From NCBI GenBank assembly GCA_038087875.1, contig CM075988.1, forward strand, positions 13,206,001-13,270,000: a stretch of DNA of 64,000 bases. The letters are read 5' to 3'. Both the position numbers and the translations under genes were made by a program. The notes under the pieces were generated by a model. That model worked only from the letters and a program-made list of their open reading frames with translations. It was not told the DNA's origin and did no database searches. Of this stretch, positions 11,501 through 26,500 are shown piece by piece. Each line of letters starts with the position of its first letter. Within the stretch, counting starts at the first letter, position 1. This DNA is from Malacoraja senta (taxonomy: Eukaryota).

Positions 11501-14500
11501 TTGTGTCTACCTTCCCTTCACAGGTGGCCCTGCTACTCTCACCATATGCAGGGGTATCTGTGATCATTTGTGGTAACCAAATAAATCACTTACAACCCCA
11601 CACCCACCAGTGTTCCGACAGGTGAAGAAAATCACCTAAGAATTATATTAGTGGCTTCACTCTTCAAACTGTTAGGCATTTGGAACTCCATTTGCCACGT
11701 TTACCAAACACCTCATCTCTCTACTACCAGCTGTATAACCCTCGAACAATTCTACATTTCTCCAGTCGTAATATCGAAGAATCTCAACTTTCATCGTGCA
11801 AATGGTTCATTAAGCTCTAGCATTCACTCTAGCATTCACTTTCCTCTCCACATCAATCCCTCACTCTCCATAGACAAGAGCAAGCTTAGCTTTTTGTTAC
11901 ATATTCGATTCTTTCCAACTTGGCTTCAGGCTGGCAGTTCCGAATTATACTGAGGTCCCTTGAGAATGATTAGTTTTCAGAAGTGCAAAGTTTGATTGTA
12001 AATAGCTGTTCTGTGTATACTTGCATGTTAATTCTTTTCACATTGCTTTAATCTACAATGAAGTGTACATTATCTTTACCGTTAGATGGACCACAAGATC
12101 TATTAATAACATACAGGTTGAAAGCAGTGGATACTTTTCGACCGATCAATGATAGCATCATCTTTGTTGCTGCTGATTCATTCCTGGAACTGAATTGTCG
12201 TGTAGATAGTAATCCGGTATCCACTGTTATCTGGACCAAGGCCATGGAGAATCATAATGTAACGTTGCAAACTGGAGTCAGGTGCAACAGTTCAAAAGAA
12301 TGGACACGTTTCCAGCATAAAGATGAAGGAATGTATTGGTGCATGGCAAAAAACGGCTACGGCCGGAGAAACAGAAGTATCTCGATAAACGCAAAACGGA
12401 AAGGTAAATAGAATTGTAATTATACATGTGCATAGCTAACAATGTTTATTGAGGTAGAATCATTCTTAGCAAATAAGACCTCAGCTTAATTAGTTCAATG
12501 TCTTCTTTCTTAATCATAGTGATTGACCAATTGTAATATTTTATTTCTTTTACAAATCATATATAGTAAAGACTGTTTAGGGCTGTCATTTTTAAACGCT
12601 TTGATTTTATAGTGTTTTTCCATTGTAGATAAAGAAAATTTTAACATTAGAGTGCTGCAGTTTTGTTTATTAATGGCAGTATCTCTTCTGGAATTGAAAG
12701 AAATATATGTACTCTGCTGTCAAATAAAGTAAAACGATTGCAGTTTTTTTTTAATGTATGTCTCAGAGCTGAAACATGACATTTAGTTGACATCTTGAAT
12801 TTTCTTTCACAGATTATCGTTATCTTTATGCTCTGCTCCCTCTAATTACTGCCATCATTTTGGCAATAATATATTTTTGCCTGATCTGCAAGAGGCAACG
12901 GAAAGGTAAAACTTAACATAAATCGTTGGATGTAGGTGTTAACCTTAAATCAACAACAATAGCCAGCTGAAAAAGAATGTGGTTTTCAATCAAGCGTGTT
13001 ATTACAATCCTTTTTGATATCCTGTGTGTTGATTGTGGGTTATTTTCATGGCCAATCCTCTGTTTGGTTAAATAAGTGTTACATTTCAAGTTAGAGGATC
13101 ATGAAAGATCTTGTTCAATATTTTCCAGCAATGCCCTGATCTCAAAAATGAATTTAGTTTAGTTTACAGATACGGCGTGGAAACAGGCTCTTCAGCCCAT
13201 CGAGACAGCTCCGGGCAATGATCACCCTTACACTAGTTCTGTTATCCCACTTTCGCATCCTACACACTGGGGGAAAATTACAGAGGCCAATTAACCTACG
13301 TCTTTGGAATGTGGGAAGGAACCAGAGCACCAGGAGAAAACCCATGCGGTCATAGGGAGAATGTACGAACTCCATACAGATAGCACCCGTAGTCAGGATT
13401 AAACCCGGGTCTCTGGTGCAGCAAGTCAGTAATTCTATGACTGTGCCACTGTGCCGCCCTAATTGAAAATAATATTATTTATTAATTCATAGAAAAACAC
13501 CAAACTTGGCAAGCCATTTTCAAAATTGGAATCAGGAACTACATTACAAAATATGCTAAAATTTTTAATATGATTAGTATGTTGGAGTAGTGCAGAAATT
13601 TTGAGTGAGCACATTTTGGAAATAAAAATTAAGACTTTTTATGGGAAATATTTAAATTAAGATAAAGAGATGCACTACAATGTGGAAAAACAAGTAGTTC
13701 AACTATGTTCTGTTTTGCATTCAAGAAACATTGGGGGGTTTTTCTACAATTCTTTGAGTCTCTACGAGTCTTTCAAATTTATTGATCATTATAATAGAAA
13801 AGGAAATGATCTTGAACTTGTTTGACCTACTGAAGTTAGGGAGGAATTTTGTAGAGGAAATTCATTTCTGGAAAAAGTGCAGCATGAATTCTTCACAAAG
13901 CCACCAGGACGTGGAATTATTCATTAAGAGACTTGAAAGGAAAAGCCCTTTTATTTAATTAACTCTGCAATGGTTAAAAGGATGAAAGGGCAAGTTGAAT
14001 TATGAGAGAGTAACATCACATTTCACAAGGGGAGCAGCAAGAAAGTTTTAAAATGAAATTCGTTGAGAGTAAATTTAGAAACAAAGTCTAATTCTCTGTT
14101 TGCTATTAACAGTTTATGATGACTGAAAATAATTTAGTTGTTTGGAAAAAAGAGACCTTTAAATACCGCAGGTAGACAAAAATGCTGGAGAAACTCAGCA
14201 GGTGAGGCAGCATCTATGGAGAGAGGGAATAGGCAATGTTTCGGGTTGAGACCCTTCTTCAGACTGATAATACAGCAGAGTGAGACTGGATAATGTGGAG
14301 TCAATTTGATTTAATTGGATTGATTGGATTTGATTGGACTTTTTCATGTCGTATATGATTCTCGATATTAGGCTGCGTGACAGCTTATCTGCCCCTCAGC
14401 TTATTAAATCAATATGTGAAATTGAAGCTTGAATGCCATCAATGACATTTGGAATATTTTTCCTGCTGTGAATCTTATCACTGGCCTTTCTTTATTGTCA

Positions 14501-17500
14501 CTGCTTTGCCATTTCTTTTCACTTGCTTCACTCAAGGCTAAAGTACACCATCCCCCATGCATTTCCTGTTCAAGAGTGCATTGGAATCACCCCAAAAAAA
14601 ATCCTCAAGACAGCGGAATGCCTTGCCTTCCACTGCAGTACATTTCCAGTGCAATGTACAGGCCTTTGTTAACCAAAGCGTGATGTGTTCTGACCACTAC
14701 TTCTCCGTATTTCTCATCACCCAGATCTTTTCAACATGAATGTGCAGTATTATTTCACCACAACTATAGACCTGAAAATTTAAACATGCAGATATCTGAA
14801 AAAATGAAATGCTGCTTTACAAAACGAGGCCAAGGTTAGAGGAAATTGGGTCCGAAATACGTCCACCTTGATGTGGGAAGGAATCTATCGATGCTAATCC
14901 ATTCTGAGCACTGTGCAAGAGAGAATATTTAGCATATGTATTTTGGGAATTTTGTTCATAGGTCCAAGTTTGACTTGGGCCTGTATAGAGTGGATGTGGA
15001 GAGGATGTTTCCACTAGTGGGACAATCTAGGACCAGAGGTTATAGCCTCAGAATTAAAGGATGGTCCTTTAGGAAGGAGATGAGGAGGAATTTCATTAGT
15101 CAGAGCGTGGTGAATCTGTGGAATTTATTCCCACAGAGGGTTGTGGATATCAGTGGATATTTGTAAGGCAGAGATAGATAGATTCTTGATTAGTACGGGT
15201 GTCAGGAGTTATTGGAAGAAGGCAGGAGAATGGGGTTAGGAAGCAGAGATGAATCAGCCAGGATTGAAAGGCAGAATGGCCTAATTCTGCTCCTTTCACT
15301 TGTGAACTTTTGAACATGCACTGCTAATCCAGTTGCAGTATATTCTTTTAAAATTTACAATATCTTGCACACTCCTACCAAAAGTGAATATAAACTGAGT
15401 TTAATAAATGCCTTCAGAGAAGACAAAATATCACCTGCCTTTGTATTGTCCTTACTCTAAATCAAAGCAGGTTTACTTTCCAATCTTTGACAGGATGGTC
15501 CAGATTTTGGCTTTTCACGTTTCTCCCTGAAAATTGTATGGTTTTCTTGACTCTGGGTTTCATCTTTCTGCTCTGCATTCCTCATTGGATGAGTTTCCTA
15601 ACTCAACACTAAGATTTAGTAAAAAACCTGTATTCTCTGGCAATGACCTTATCTGTTCCACCCTTTATGGCTTGTTGTATTGTTTATTTGGAGGGCAAAT
15701 TGACTAACAGCCAGCGAATGGCCACAACAGGTTTTAAATCAGCAAATCAGACACTATTTACATGCAAAAGTAGAAAATTGCACTGAAGTGGCAAAAAAAT
15801 GGGAGCTAATGTATCAGCTACATATTGATTTGGGGAAGATCTCATGCTATACTACCCATTTTGCACAGAAAAATCAAGACGCATTTCTACACCAATAATG
15901 ATGATACTCAGTGAAAAATCAATTATTAAAAAATAGCTGAGTATCAAAATCCTACATGCATTCTAGGTCCCAAATTCTAAATCAAAGAAAATTAATATTA
16001 AAAAATGAATAAAACAATTTACAAATATTTGTTATTCATTTGAATTTTAAAACATCTTAAGTTATGATTAAAGTAATCCTCCTAATTCAGATTTTGGCTT
16101 TTACTCCCTCACTGTTAGTCACTGAAGCAAATAAATTGGATTTTAATCACAGAAATATAGCATTGGTCCATTGATACATAATGTCTTCCATCTTAAAGAG
16201 ATTAAATGGTGTAATAGGGCAGGATTTGAAAAGTCCCAGAGTTCTACGCTCTAAGTTGTTCTTGTCAAAGAACAGAGGAAATAAAAAGTGGATGGTACAA
16301 TAGCAGCCTTCATACATGAAATCACATTTCAGCTTGCTTGTGCAGTGAACTGATACAAGAAGCCAAAGTAAAAAGGAAATTTGCAAAGATTGGAAGGGAC
16401 AGTGGCTTTACTCTTGCAGTTCTTATGCTTGGCCTGGTTTTGGAGCTACAGTTGTACAATGTGGTTAACTGCAGCATTTGTAAGTGAGAGCAGTGTGTGG
16501 TATGCAGCTGGATGTGCCTTTTGTATAGCTGTGGTGACCACAGTAAAAAATAGTAGTTCACTACAAATTGTCTATTTTTAAGTTTTAATCATTTTATCTC
16601 AACTAGAGATAAAATATAACATTTTGGGTTTGGAGTGAGATATACGATCAGAGAAATCCTTTGCATAGTGTGCAAGTTATTTTTTAAACAAATTCATTTG
16701 GGTTAATATTTTTTACTTAAAAATTAAATGTTGCTTGGCCATTTTTTTTAAATCAACATTTCAATTTGCTACCTATTATCACAGATATGTATCGTGTAAC
16801 AAAAGCTTTGTGACAAAAAATAGTTGATAAGCTTGATAATTCTAATAAGAATTATTAACATTATTCAAAGAACGTCTAAAATAAATTAGGATGGATTCAA
16901 AGTAAACAGGATATAACATTTTCCAAATTTTGAGAATAATCTTTTTGAGAGGTTCTTGTCACGGCCCATCACAAGTTACCACAGATACGATTTACTGTAT
17001 GAAGGCTACGGAACAGTGCTCTTCTTATTTTTATTCTTTGAAAATAAGATGAATTTACCATGTGCAATGCCACAATTTATCAATTACTTTATTCACTGAA
17101 ATTGTGAATTTATACCTGTAACCTTTGCAGCCAATAATTAATTATTATTTTATGAATTATTTCACAGAGGTCAATGTTGAATTCAACAGCCCAGTGGAGT
17201 AAATAAATAAAAGTTATTGATCTTTTTCCGATGGTCAGATCCTCACTTCTCACCCCAAACTGACAGGAATAAGATCACTTTAGCAATACAGATTTTGGGT
17301 TCTTTGCATTGTTTTTCTTGTAGAAATGTGGGTAGTAAATGTTTACAAACATTGTAGCTTCACTGTAACATCTTTCAAAGTTGGCCAAGACCACGTTTTG
17401 TTGCAGCTTGTGAGAGTCTGTCCGTCTTCTCCTGCATTTCTGAAGACATAAAACCCTGTCCCACGGTACAAGTTCATTCCACGAGTTCTCCCAAGTTTGC

Positions 17501-20500
17501 CATGATTCGAACTTGGAGATTTACGGTAATGGCCACTCGTCGGTACTCGGGGCTCTCGTGGACATTTTTCATCATGTTGAAAAATCTTCGCAAGTCTTTC
17601 CGTGCTTACCTGCTGTTAGTGAGTCTTCCCGAGTACCTGCCGTTAGCGCTAAGAGACGTCCCCGAGCTCCGACGTACCCGCTACGTTCATTCTCCGTGCT
17701 TACCACGAGTTTGATTTTTTTAAAACTCGGGAGAGCTCTTGGAATGAACTCGCACCGTGGGACAGGGCTAATACTCCCGGTATATTAAGCATTTAAAAAG
17801 CCTCTATGATATTCTCAGCGTATTTTATAACATTTTACAATGGTCGGTTTTTTTTCCTGAATTGTTGCCACTGGTGTTCAGCATGGAAACATGATGATAA
17901 TTAGCTTTCAAGATATATTCAATTGTACAATGGATGACTGCATAATCTGATTTGCTACTGATGATTGAATGAGGAAACAAAACCTTTTGCTGTTAGTTAG
18001 TTTGTACCACATGGTTTTGTGATTTCATCTCAGCAGGAAGTCTATATGTAATGTTTCCTCTGCTTATGGCAACAAGGCAGCATGCACAGAGTTACACTGA
18101 AGTATCGAGCAGCACTTGGGTCTGCAGAAGGACCACACATCCAGTGTTATAAGGATGAAACTGTTATCAATCAGGCCAATTATGATTTTACAAATAATTA
18201 ACAAGGAAGTACACATGCTATTGCTGAAGATAATACTCAAATAAGGCTTGGTCTGCCCATTCCACAGGCTCAGACAGTATTAAAGATTTGGTAATCCTAT
18301 TTTAAAGTGTTATAGAGTCATGCAGCATGGAAACAGACCCTTCGGCCCAACTTGCCCATGCCAACCAAGATGCCCCATCTTCACAAGCCCCACCTGCCCA
18401 TGTTTGGCTCTCTAAACCTTTCCTATCCATGTACATATTTGCTGCGTTTTCTGTGTGTTCACTATCATTGACAACATAAGTGTTATTGGATGAATGTCTT
18501 GGTTTGCCTTAAGCATTCCTGTGAGTTACTCCGGCACTTTGTGTCCTTTTGTGTAAACCAACATCTGCAATCCCTTGTTTTTACACTGAGAATTCTGCTG
18601 GAGTGGACTTGGAAGGACACAAGATACAGTAGAAAGGCAGATGTGGGAAGCAGAGGGCAGCTGAGTGACTGTCAATACAAACAGATAGTTAACAAAGTTG
18701 CTTGGGTGGAATACTTGTTCTAGTTCGCGATAGGTACTGAAGATGGTAGAAACATTACTCACTCTCTGAGCAATCACCTCTGCTTGTTGGGCTAATTGCT
18801 TGCTGATATTGTGAAGTGCCTTTCAACATTTTGTACTACAATGAATAATCGTACGATTTCCTGGAAGTGCACAAAAATAGTAATAACTTGTCAAAAGGCC
18901 TTCTGGTGGACTAAAGAACATATAATTATGCATTATCATGTTCTGTGTGAAATTATACTTACTTTACTTAATCTCTTTTAATTAAGAACATAAAATTATT
19001 GTAGCTGTTTGCTGCATAATCTATACAACATGTTTATGACACTCCCAAGTTTGGGTGCAATAGTTTTGTCAGAGAATTGGCCACAGTATTATGGTTCTTA
19101 ACATGTTAATTAAATGAAAACTCCTGAATTCTCTGAGCCCTATGTTATTCTAGTTATAACCAAAGCATGAAAGACAGCCGGACAAGTCTCTAGGGAAAAG
19201 TACTTTCAAATTAATTTATTTTTGATTAAATCTTATCTATTGTCTTCATAATTTTATATTACCTTCATGGGTGCAGGCGACCATCATATCCTTGTTTCAG
19301 TTCCCTCTTAAACCAGCGAAGACTCAGCTATACTGAGTTGTAGGAGTCATTTTATGACAATTCAGCTGTGCAAGTGTTTCTCCGTGTTTGCTGAACCCAT
19401 GTGATGCTCCACATCTACATATTCAGTCAAACAGGGAGGCCGCATGGATTTGAGTCAGTTAAGTCAGTGACCCCAGCGATGAGTCAAGAGACCTGAAACT
19501 AATTTTCTTGGTCCGGGCATCATGAACAGATACTTTATGATACATGAAAGCCATTATCAAGCACAATCATCCAGCAGGATAGCAGTGAAGACTATGTTTA
19601 GAAGCATGGTTATATTATTGTGGTCTAAAGCAGCCTTTAGTAGGAATTGTAACAAATTGATGCTCTATTGACAAAATGCATTCTGGTGATAAACAGAACT
19701 TTAAAAAAAACGATGGAAAAGATGGACTGTAAAGCTAAAATATAATTACTATGGTAATTAAAGTACATTTGAACGTAACATTTTAATAATTTAAAATGTA
19801 GGTGTGGTTGAATATTTTTTTCAGTTTGTTGGCTTAATTTTAGTTTTAGTGATTGTTACCAATATTCAGCCTTGCTGCATGAGCACCTGTGTTGGAGATT
19901 ATTATACCTTAAAACTGGCAAATAGCTTTCGATGCATACTAAGATAACGCCTTTGTTTTGGATCTGAATAACCTAGAACAGAGAACTTTCTACAGTGAAA
20001 AGCTCCAAGAAAGTTGGGACTACGTGTTCATTCATAATGTTATAATCAGGTTATAGGAGTAATCCAAAAACTTATTGGTTACAGATTTTTAGATCTGGAG
20101 GACATTGAAGTAAAAGTTTAGTTTATTGTTTATTGTCACGTGTACCGAGGCACAGTGAAAAGCTCATGTTGCCTGCTAAACAGTCAGCAGAAAGACAATA
20201 CGTGATTACAATCGAACCATCCACAGTGTTATCCAAAAGTTATACCTCAGTTATATAATTGGACTGATGACTGAACTGCAGGAGTACAATGGGCAGTTTT
20301 GCGGAACACTCCTAAATTGCCCTCTGCGACGTACAAGATCGTTATTGATTCTTTATGCCCACCAAAGTCCATTTGCAGAATATACGGACAAATACTCTCG
20401 GTGCACAAGAAGACCAAGGTGCAAACTTTTTATTCAAGGGTTTCGCAAGGAATTTCTCTCTGGAATTCACTACGGATATCATTACAGCCCAGAGCACAGT

Positions 20501-23500
20501 TAATCACATGGCACAATCTTTGGTAGTCTAAAGTAACATATATTGTTCATTGTCAATAATATACACACTTCATCCTGAGATGTGAATCTGTGTAACTTTA
20601 TCGGAATGGAATCTGGATTTCCAAATTTTAACGAGAAGCGAGTGAGCAAACTAGTACTGAATTAATTAAAACTGTGGAAGATGCAGGTTGACATTGCCTT
20701 TCGTGTTGAACATCTCCAGAGTAGGATGCAAGCCCACAGCCTTCTGACAACGTGTTACCAAACCAGGGTGATGCTTTCTACCGAGGGAGCAAAAAGCCAA
20801 TGCTAATGATACCTCAGGAGTGACTGATCTAATAATCACAACTGACAAGCTATGTGCTGAAATTAACATTCGATTGTCAAATACATGTTTTCTTTCCCTT
20901 TCCCCAGATCCAGTCACTGTAACCATTGAGCTGAGGTAAGAACTTTGACTTAATTTTAACATTATGTGAAAACATTTGATTAATATATTTATAATATTGT
21001 ACAAATTGTTTAATGATTTCACATTCCACCAGATCACTCGTACTAATTTATATCATTCCCAGAACCCCAAATTCTACTGAAATGTACTAAATGAGTTGAT
21101 GCTAACAGTGTCAGAAAATTACTGCAAACCTTCATGATTTAACATATCTCAGAAGTAAAAGCTGACGTGTAACAACAGAAATCAGTGTAGGGGTCTGTGA
21201 AAAGCTTCATTTGTCCATGTTTATTCTACACGTCCAATTCTTATAAGTTTGTTATCCACAGAAAATGTAATTGAAAACCCCCAAAGGGAACAATGTCCCT
21301 GGCCTATCCAAAATGTGTGACAATGAGATGGGTGTTTCCCAGTGGGTGATAGAATTAATGCTTTCAATTGGAATTAGAGGAAGAACTAAAGACAATGTAA
21401 AGGCATTAATTGCACTGACAAAACGCTGGTAGCTCAGAATATTTCACTTTCACCTTCACCAGTCTCCATATGCAACTCTGCATACATTGCTGAGGTGTCC
21501 AGCAGTTTTCTTCCAAACATCTAACTATACTTTAATCCCTGAGAATATTCCCCATCTGAGAGTCCAAGCATTCGGTGTCTTTCAGGCTTAGTGTAATTTT
21601 CCATTCTCTCAACCCCTGTTACACCAGAGCCCAAGATGAACGATGATTAGAAATGTCACAACTGCTAACACTGTTAGCTGCACTAACTGGTGATGATTCT
21701 AAACTGTGCCTGGTCAAGGTTTTTGTTGGACGATCAGTAATTCCCCTAGAACATTCAGTCAGCTCACCAGCAACTTGTAGTTTTTTATTAATTACTAATT
21801 TTAACAACACTAATTTGTTCAAATGATGGGATTTAATACCTTCAAGAGAGGAAAATCCTTATGTCCCATTCCCATTAATAAATGTTATTCTTCAATGGCT
21901 TTACGTTAAACACCATTTACTCATTTAAAAATGGGTGACATAACCATGGTAAGTGCTCTGGATGTCATTGAATACTTATGTAAAAAGATGATGAGTTTCT
22001 CTGTATTGAAAGGAAGTCTGGACAAAGGTGACAATGTGCATTATGACATTGGCTGGTAACATCGTTCAAGCCATAAAGCAATACATGGTTGTGGTAATTG
22101 TGCAAGTTATTAAAATGCATAAGACTGGCACATTTTTACCATTCTTGTATACAATGTCATTAGACAATGGAAGAATGAAATAAGGCTAATAGTATTCTCT
22201 TTTAAAATTCTTCCTACCTTGTATTTATTTTGTCTTTTTTATTTCTATCTGTTCAAGTCCTGAAAACATGCACAGGGATGCAAACTGCAACAAGGAGTTA
22301 GGTATGTATATTATATACAACTGTGTTTAGTTTAGTTTAGAGATACATTGTGGAAACAGGCCCTTAGGCCCACTGAGCCTGCACAGAACAACAATCACCT
22401 GTACACAAGTTCTATCCTACACCTGAAGGACAATTTACAGAAGCCAATTAACCTACAAACCTGCACGTCTTTGGAATGTGTGAGGAAACCGGAGCACTTG
22501 GAGATAACCCAAGTGGTCACAGGATGAATGTCCAAACTCCTTACAGACAGCACCCGTGGTCGGGATCAAACCCATGTGTCTGGTGTTGTATCAGACAGAG
22601 TACACTAACTATTCAATGTCAATTGTGAAAAGTTCAACTGTACATGTGAGACCAAAAGAGCATTGAACTAAAATGTAATCAGTGGGTTCACTCTTCTTCA
22701 GCAGTTCTAAAGGATACAACTTTATTTGGACCAGTATCTGAGAGTCCAAGCATTTGGCGTCTTTCAGGCTTTGTGTCATTTTCCATTATCTCAACGCCTA
22801 TGCCCAGCCTTCCTGCTGATGTCCTCAAAACCATCCCACCTCAATCCTGATCATCAGCCCAGAGCTTCGACTCCTGCACCCATCCTAGCTTCACTACCTA
22901 TCTAAAACAATAGCCTGGCAGATAATATGAAACAGGACATAAATCAAAGCTAAACTTGACATTGGTAGGTAACATAATACAAGCATTAAACTGATGGACG
23001 ATTGTGGTTATTATGCAAGTTACTAGGCAAAACAGTAGGGAATGGAGGGATATGGATTACGTGCAGGTAGAGAAGAGATGGTTTGCCATCATGTTCGGCA
23101 CAGGTATCATAGGCTACAAGGCCTCTTCTTGTGCTGTCCTGTGTTTTATGTGGTAAGTGTAGCATGCTTGAGACAATGTGGGTGACTTTTTGACANNNNN
23201 NNNNNNNNNNNNNNNNNNNNNNNNNNNNNNNNNNNNNNNNNNNNNNNNNNNNNNNNNNNNNNNNNNNNNNNNNNNNNNNNNNNNNNNNNNNNNNNNNNNN
23301 NNNNNNNNNNNNNNNNNNNNNNNNNNNNNNNNNNNNNNNNNNNNNNNNNNNNNNNNNNNNNNNNNNNNNNNNNNNNNNNNNNNNNNNNNNNNNNNATGAC
23401 TGGGCTTGTATTCACTGGATTTAGGATGAGAGGGGATCTTATAGAAACATATAAAATTATTAAGGGATTGGACACGCTAGATGCAGGAAACATGTTCCCG

Positions 23501-26500
23501 ATGTTGGGAGATTCCAGAACCAGGGGCTACAGTTTAAGAATAAGGGGTGGGCCATTTAGAACTGAGATGAGGAAAAACATTTTCAACCAGAGAGTTGTGA
23601 ATTTGTGGAATTCTCTGCCTCAGGAGGCAGTGGAGGCCGACTCACTGGATGCATTCAAAAGAGAGTTAGATAGAGCTTTTAGGGCTAGCGGAATCAAGGG
23701 ATATGGGGGAGAAGGCAGGAATGGGGTACTGAATGTGGATGATCAGCCGCGATCACATTGAATGGCAGTGCTGGCTCGAAGGGCCAAATGGCCTACTCTT
23801 GCACCTATTTTCTATGTAACTATGTATGTCTCTTAAATGTTGTTCTTGTATTTCCTCAACTACCTTCTCTGGCAGCTTGTTCCATTTACTCACCAGCCTC
23901 CGTGTGAAAGCATTGCCCCTCAGATTCCTATTCAATCTTTCCCCTCTCGCCTTAAATCTATGTCCTCTGGTTCTTGATTCCTCTACTTTTTGGGTAAAAA
24001 GAAACTCTGTGCATCTACCCTGTCAATTCCATCTTGATTTATCTTGAATTTGCATCTCTGAGCAAAGTGAGTGCAGTGAAAGTCCTCTCTGGGAAGCTCA
24101 AATAATCACAAGGATAAAAAGCTGCTGCTGCTCTGTGCTTCCTGCAAAGGCAGAGTGGGATGAATGACACAGTGAAGCCTGCGACCAGATTAAATCATTA
24201 AAATCCCCCCAAAAGTTTGCTCATCCCTTCTTTGCAACATATTTTCAAGAGGGATCCTATTTGCACATTCAGTATCATCAGCAATAGAATATTCACATCT
24301 GCAAAACATGTACGTCTATCTTGCACGTTTTGAGGCTACAAAGCCGCTCGGCCTTGTATTTTTCACAGAACAGTATATTAAATTAGTTGCCAGAATCTCT
24401 TTACTGAGAACACTACAGCATGCTTTATAGTGAAGTAGTTACTTTCATTTCTAAGCATGCATTACAAGGCACCAAATATGCAACCACCTGCTTTTTTCAA
24501 ATGCCAGCCATAAACCAATGTAAACAGCACCGTTGAGACTTTATTCAGAGAATCAGTAAGATAAGCCTTTAGACACGATAACAAACGTTAAGGCACAACG
24601 GTTATTACTACATCCCCAGTAGTGGTGTCAGAGCTACATTCAATTCTGAATATCATTTGTGGTTAAAAAAGCATGCGATACTGCAATTTTACGTCAAGGG
24701 AAGGATATGACAATAAAGCTCCGTGTTTGATGCTCTGTTCTCAACGGGCTGTGGATCAACTTACTACAGCTATGGTCAAGAGGAAAAAATTAAATACTCA
24801 GAACTTATGATCCTAACTACTAATAATTTATAGAATGATATAGCACAGAAAGGCCTTTTGCCTGCAAAGGCCAATCAGACCATTGTACTTGCCTATACTT
24901 AGCCCCATTTGCTAGCATTCAATCCATATTTTTTTTCGGAATAAAAACAAAAGAAGTTAACGAAAGTAAGGTGGAATCAGGAACAAAGACACAAAACATG
25001 TCAAAAATTGTACATGTGAAAGTATTACCACAACAAAAATTTGAGCCAAACCACGCTCTGCTTTTTTTGGGAGTTTGGTAGAAAACTTCCAAAGGACAAC
25101 CTCCTTATAGTTCAGCTGATCTCGGAGGCAAATCAGAGGTCAGATACCAAAAACATTTAAACCTCCTTTCCACAATGGACTAATCAACTGGTGGTGAAAT
25201 GCTTGACTGTTGTTATTGAAACATCCACATTCATATTAATGAGGTCACCACCACTGAATATAAATGAAATTGTTAGTATGTGGTTTACTTATTTTTCTTC
25301 ATTTACCATGTCTAAAACTTCAAGGTGCTTTTAATTAATTTTATCTTCTACTTTAAATAATTGTTATATTTTTAAAAATGTTTTAAAACCTTTTCAAGCT
25401 GCTTTTCATGTTCTCAGAGGCATTGAAATGAGAATCAGCTTGAAATGTCCTCTAGAGGTTAGTGTGGACAGGTGAGGACCTTTGGCAGTACGTTCAGGCA
25501 CTGGGTCAAAACTAGAACAGCATCGGCCAATATCCAAGCATGGCTGAGTGATCAACTTGTACTCTGTGAACTTGTGCCAGGGAATATTAATGGTGGGCAT
25601 ATCGTTTCAGTTGGTAGCACTCAAAACAGATTATAGAAGGTCAGGCACCTCACGTTTTATGCAAGTTTGATTTATGTGTTTTTGAAATAACGCACGTGTT
25701 TAATTAATAACTATATCAAATTTATGCGCTGTATTTTTTAAATATTGTGCCCAAAGTTACATCTCTTTAAATATATTTATTTAATTTATGCATCTTTGAA
25801 TTACATGCTCCGTTTCAGGAGCGTAACCCCTGCGTAAAGCACTGAAACAGCCTTACCGATCTTTGCTGGTATTTATTCCTCATACTTAGCTCCTCCCATC
25901 TTTATCTAAACTATCCAGATGCTAGAAGAGTTATTATTACTTCTGATATTCATGCGTTCTGATTTGTTTGGCAGATACAATATATGCAGTGGTCAGGAAG
26001 AATGGTCCACCAATTAGCAGACCGTATTCAACAGGTAAGATAAAATTCAGGGACTTAAACTTCTTCCATATATTACAATAAATGCTTCACATGTTCGTTC
26101 TTTTCCCCACAGAGGTTGCCTTTGTTAATGAAGGGAACAGTGAAGAAGAAGTCTCCTATGCGGACATTGTTATCCATAGTCCAAAACAACGCTACAACCA
26201 AAAAGCCAAGGTATTGGTAATTGCATCAGAGAAAGTATCCTTGTTTATTCATCCTTGATGTATCTTAAATACATCAGCAATTGCAGGACACTCATAGCTA
26301 CTGTATATCTCCGGAGAGGAATTATATCCAACAAAGTACACATTTCCCTGTGGCCGCATAGGTTTTCTCTGTTTCAGTTTTCTCACACATTCCAAAGACG
26401 TGTAGGTTAAATGGCTTCTGCAAAATTGTCCCTCGTGTGTTTGATAGAACTAATGTATGATGCATCATAGGTCAGCAGAGACTCGATGTGCCGAAGGACC

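Noticed and set aside
16333-16479. 147-nt open phase 1-1 segment with a hydrophobic stretch and GTAAGT donor in IgSF intron 5
   Set aside because: Poor polypyrimidine tract and no homology; compatible with chance. Only RNA-seq could rescue it.
22258-22301. Apparent poison exon (TAG at exon end) or second frameshift
   Set aside because: This is resolved by the 28-nt phase 1->2 exon at 20908-20935, which puts the exon in an open frame.
24525-24752. ~14-bp imperfect inverted repeat 220 bp apart
   Set aside because: No clear TSD; at best an old MITE remnant.
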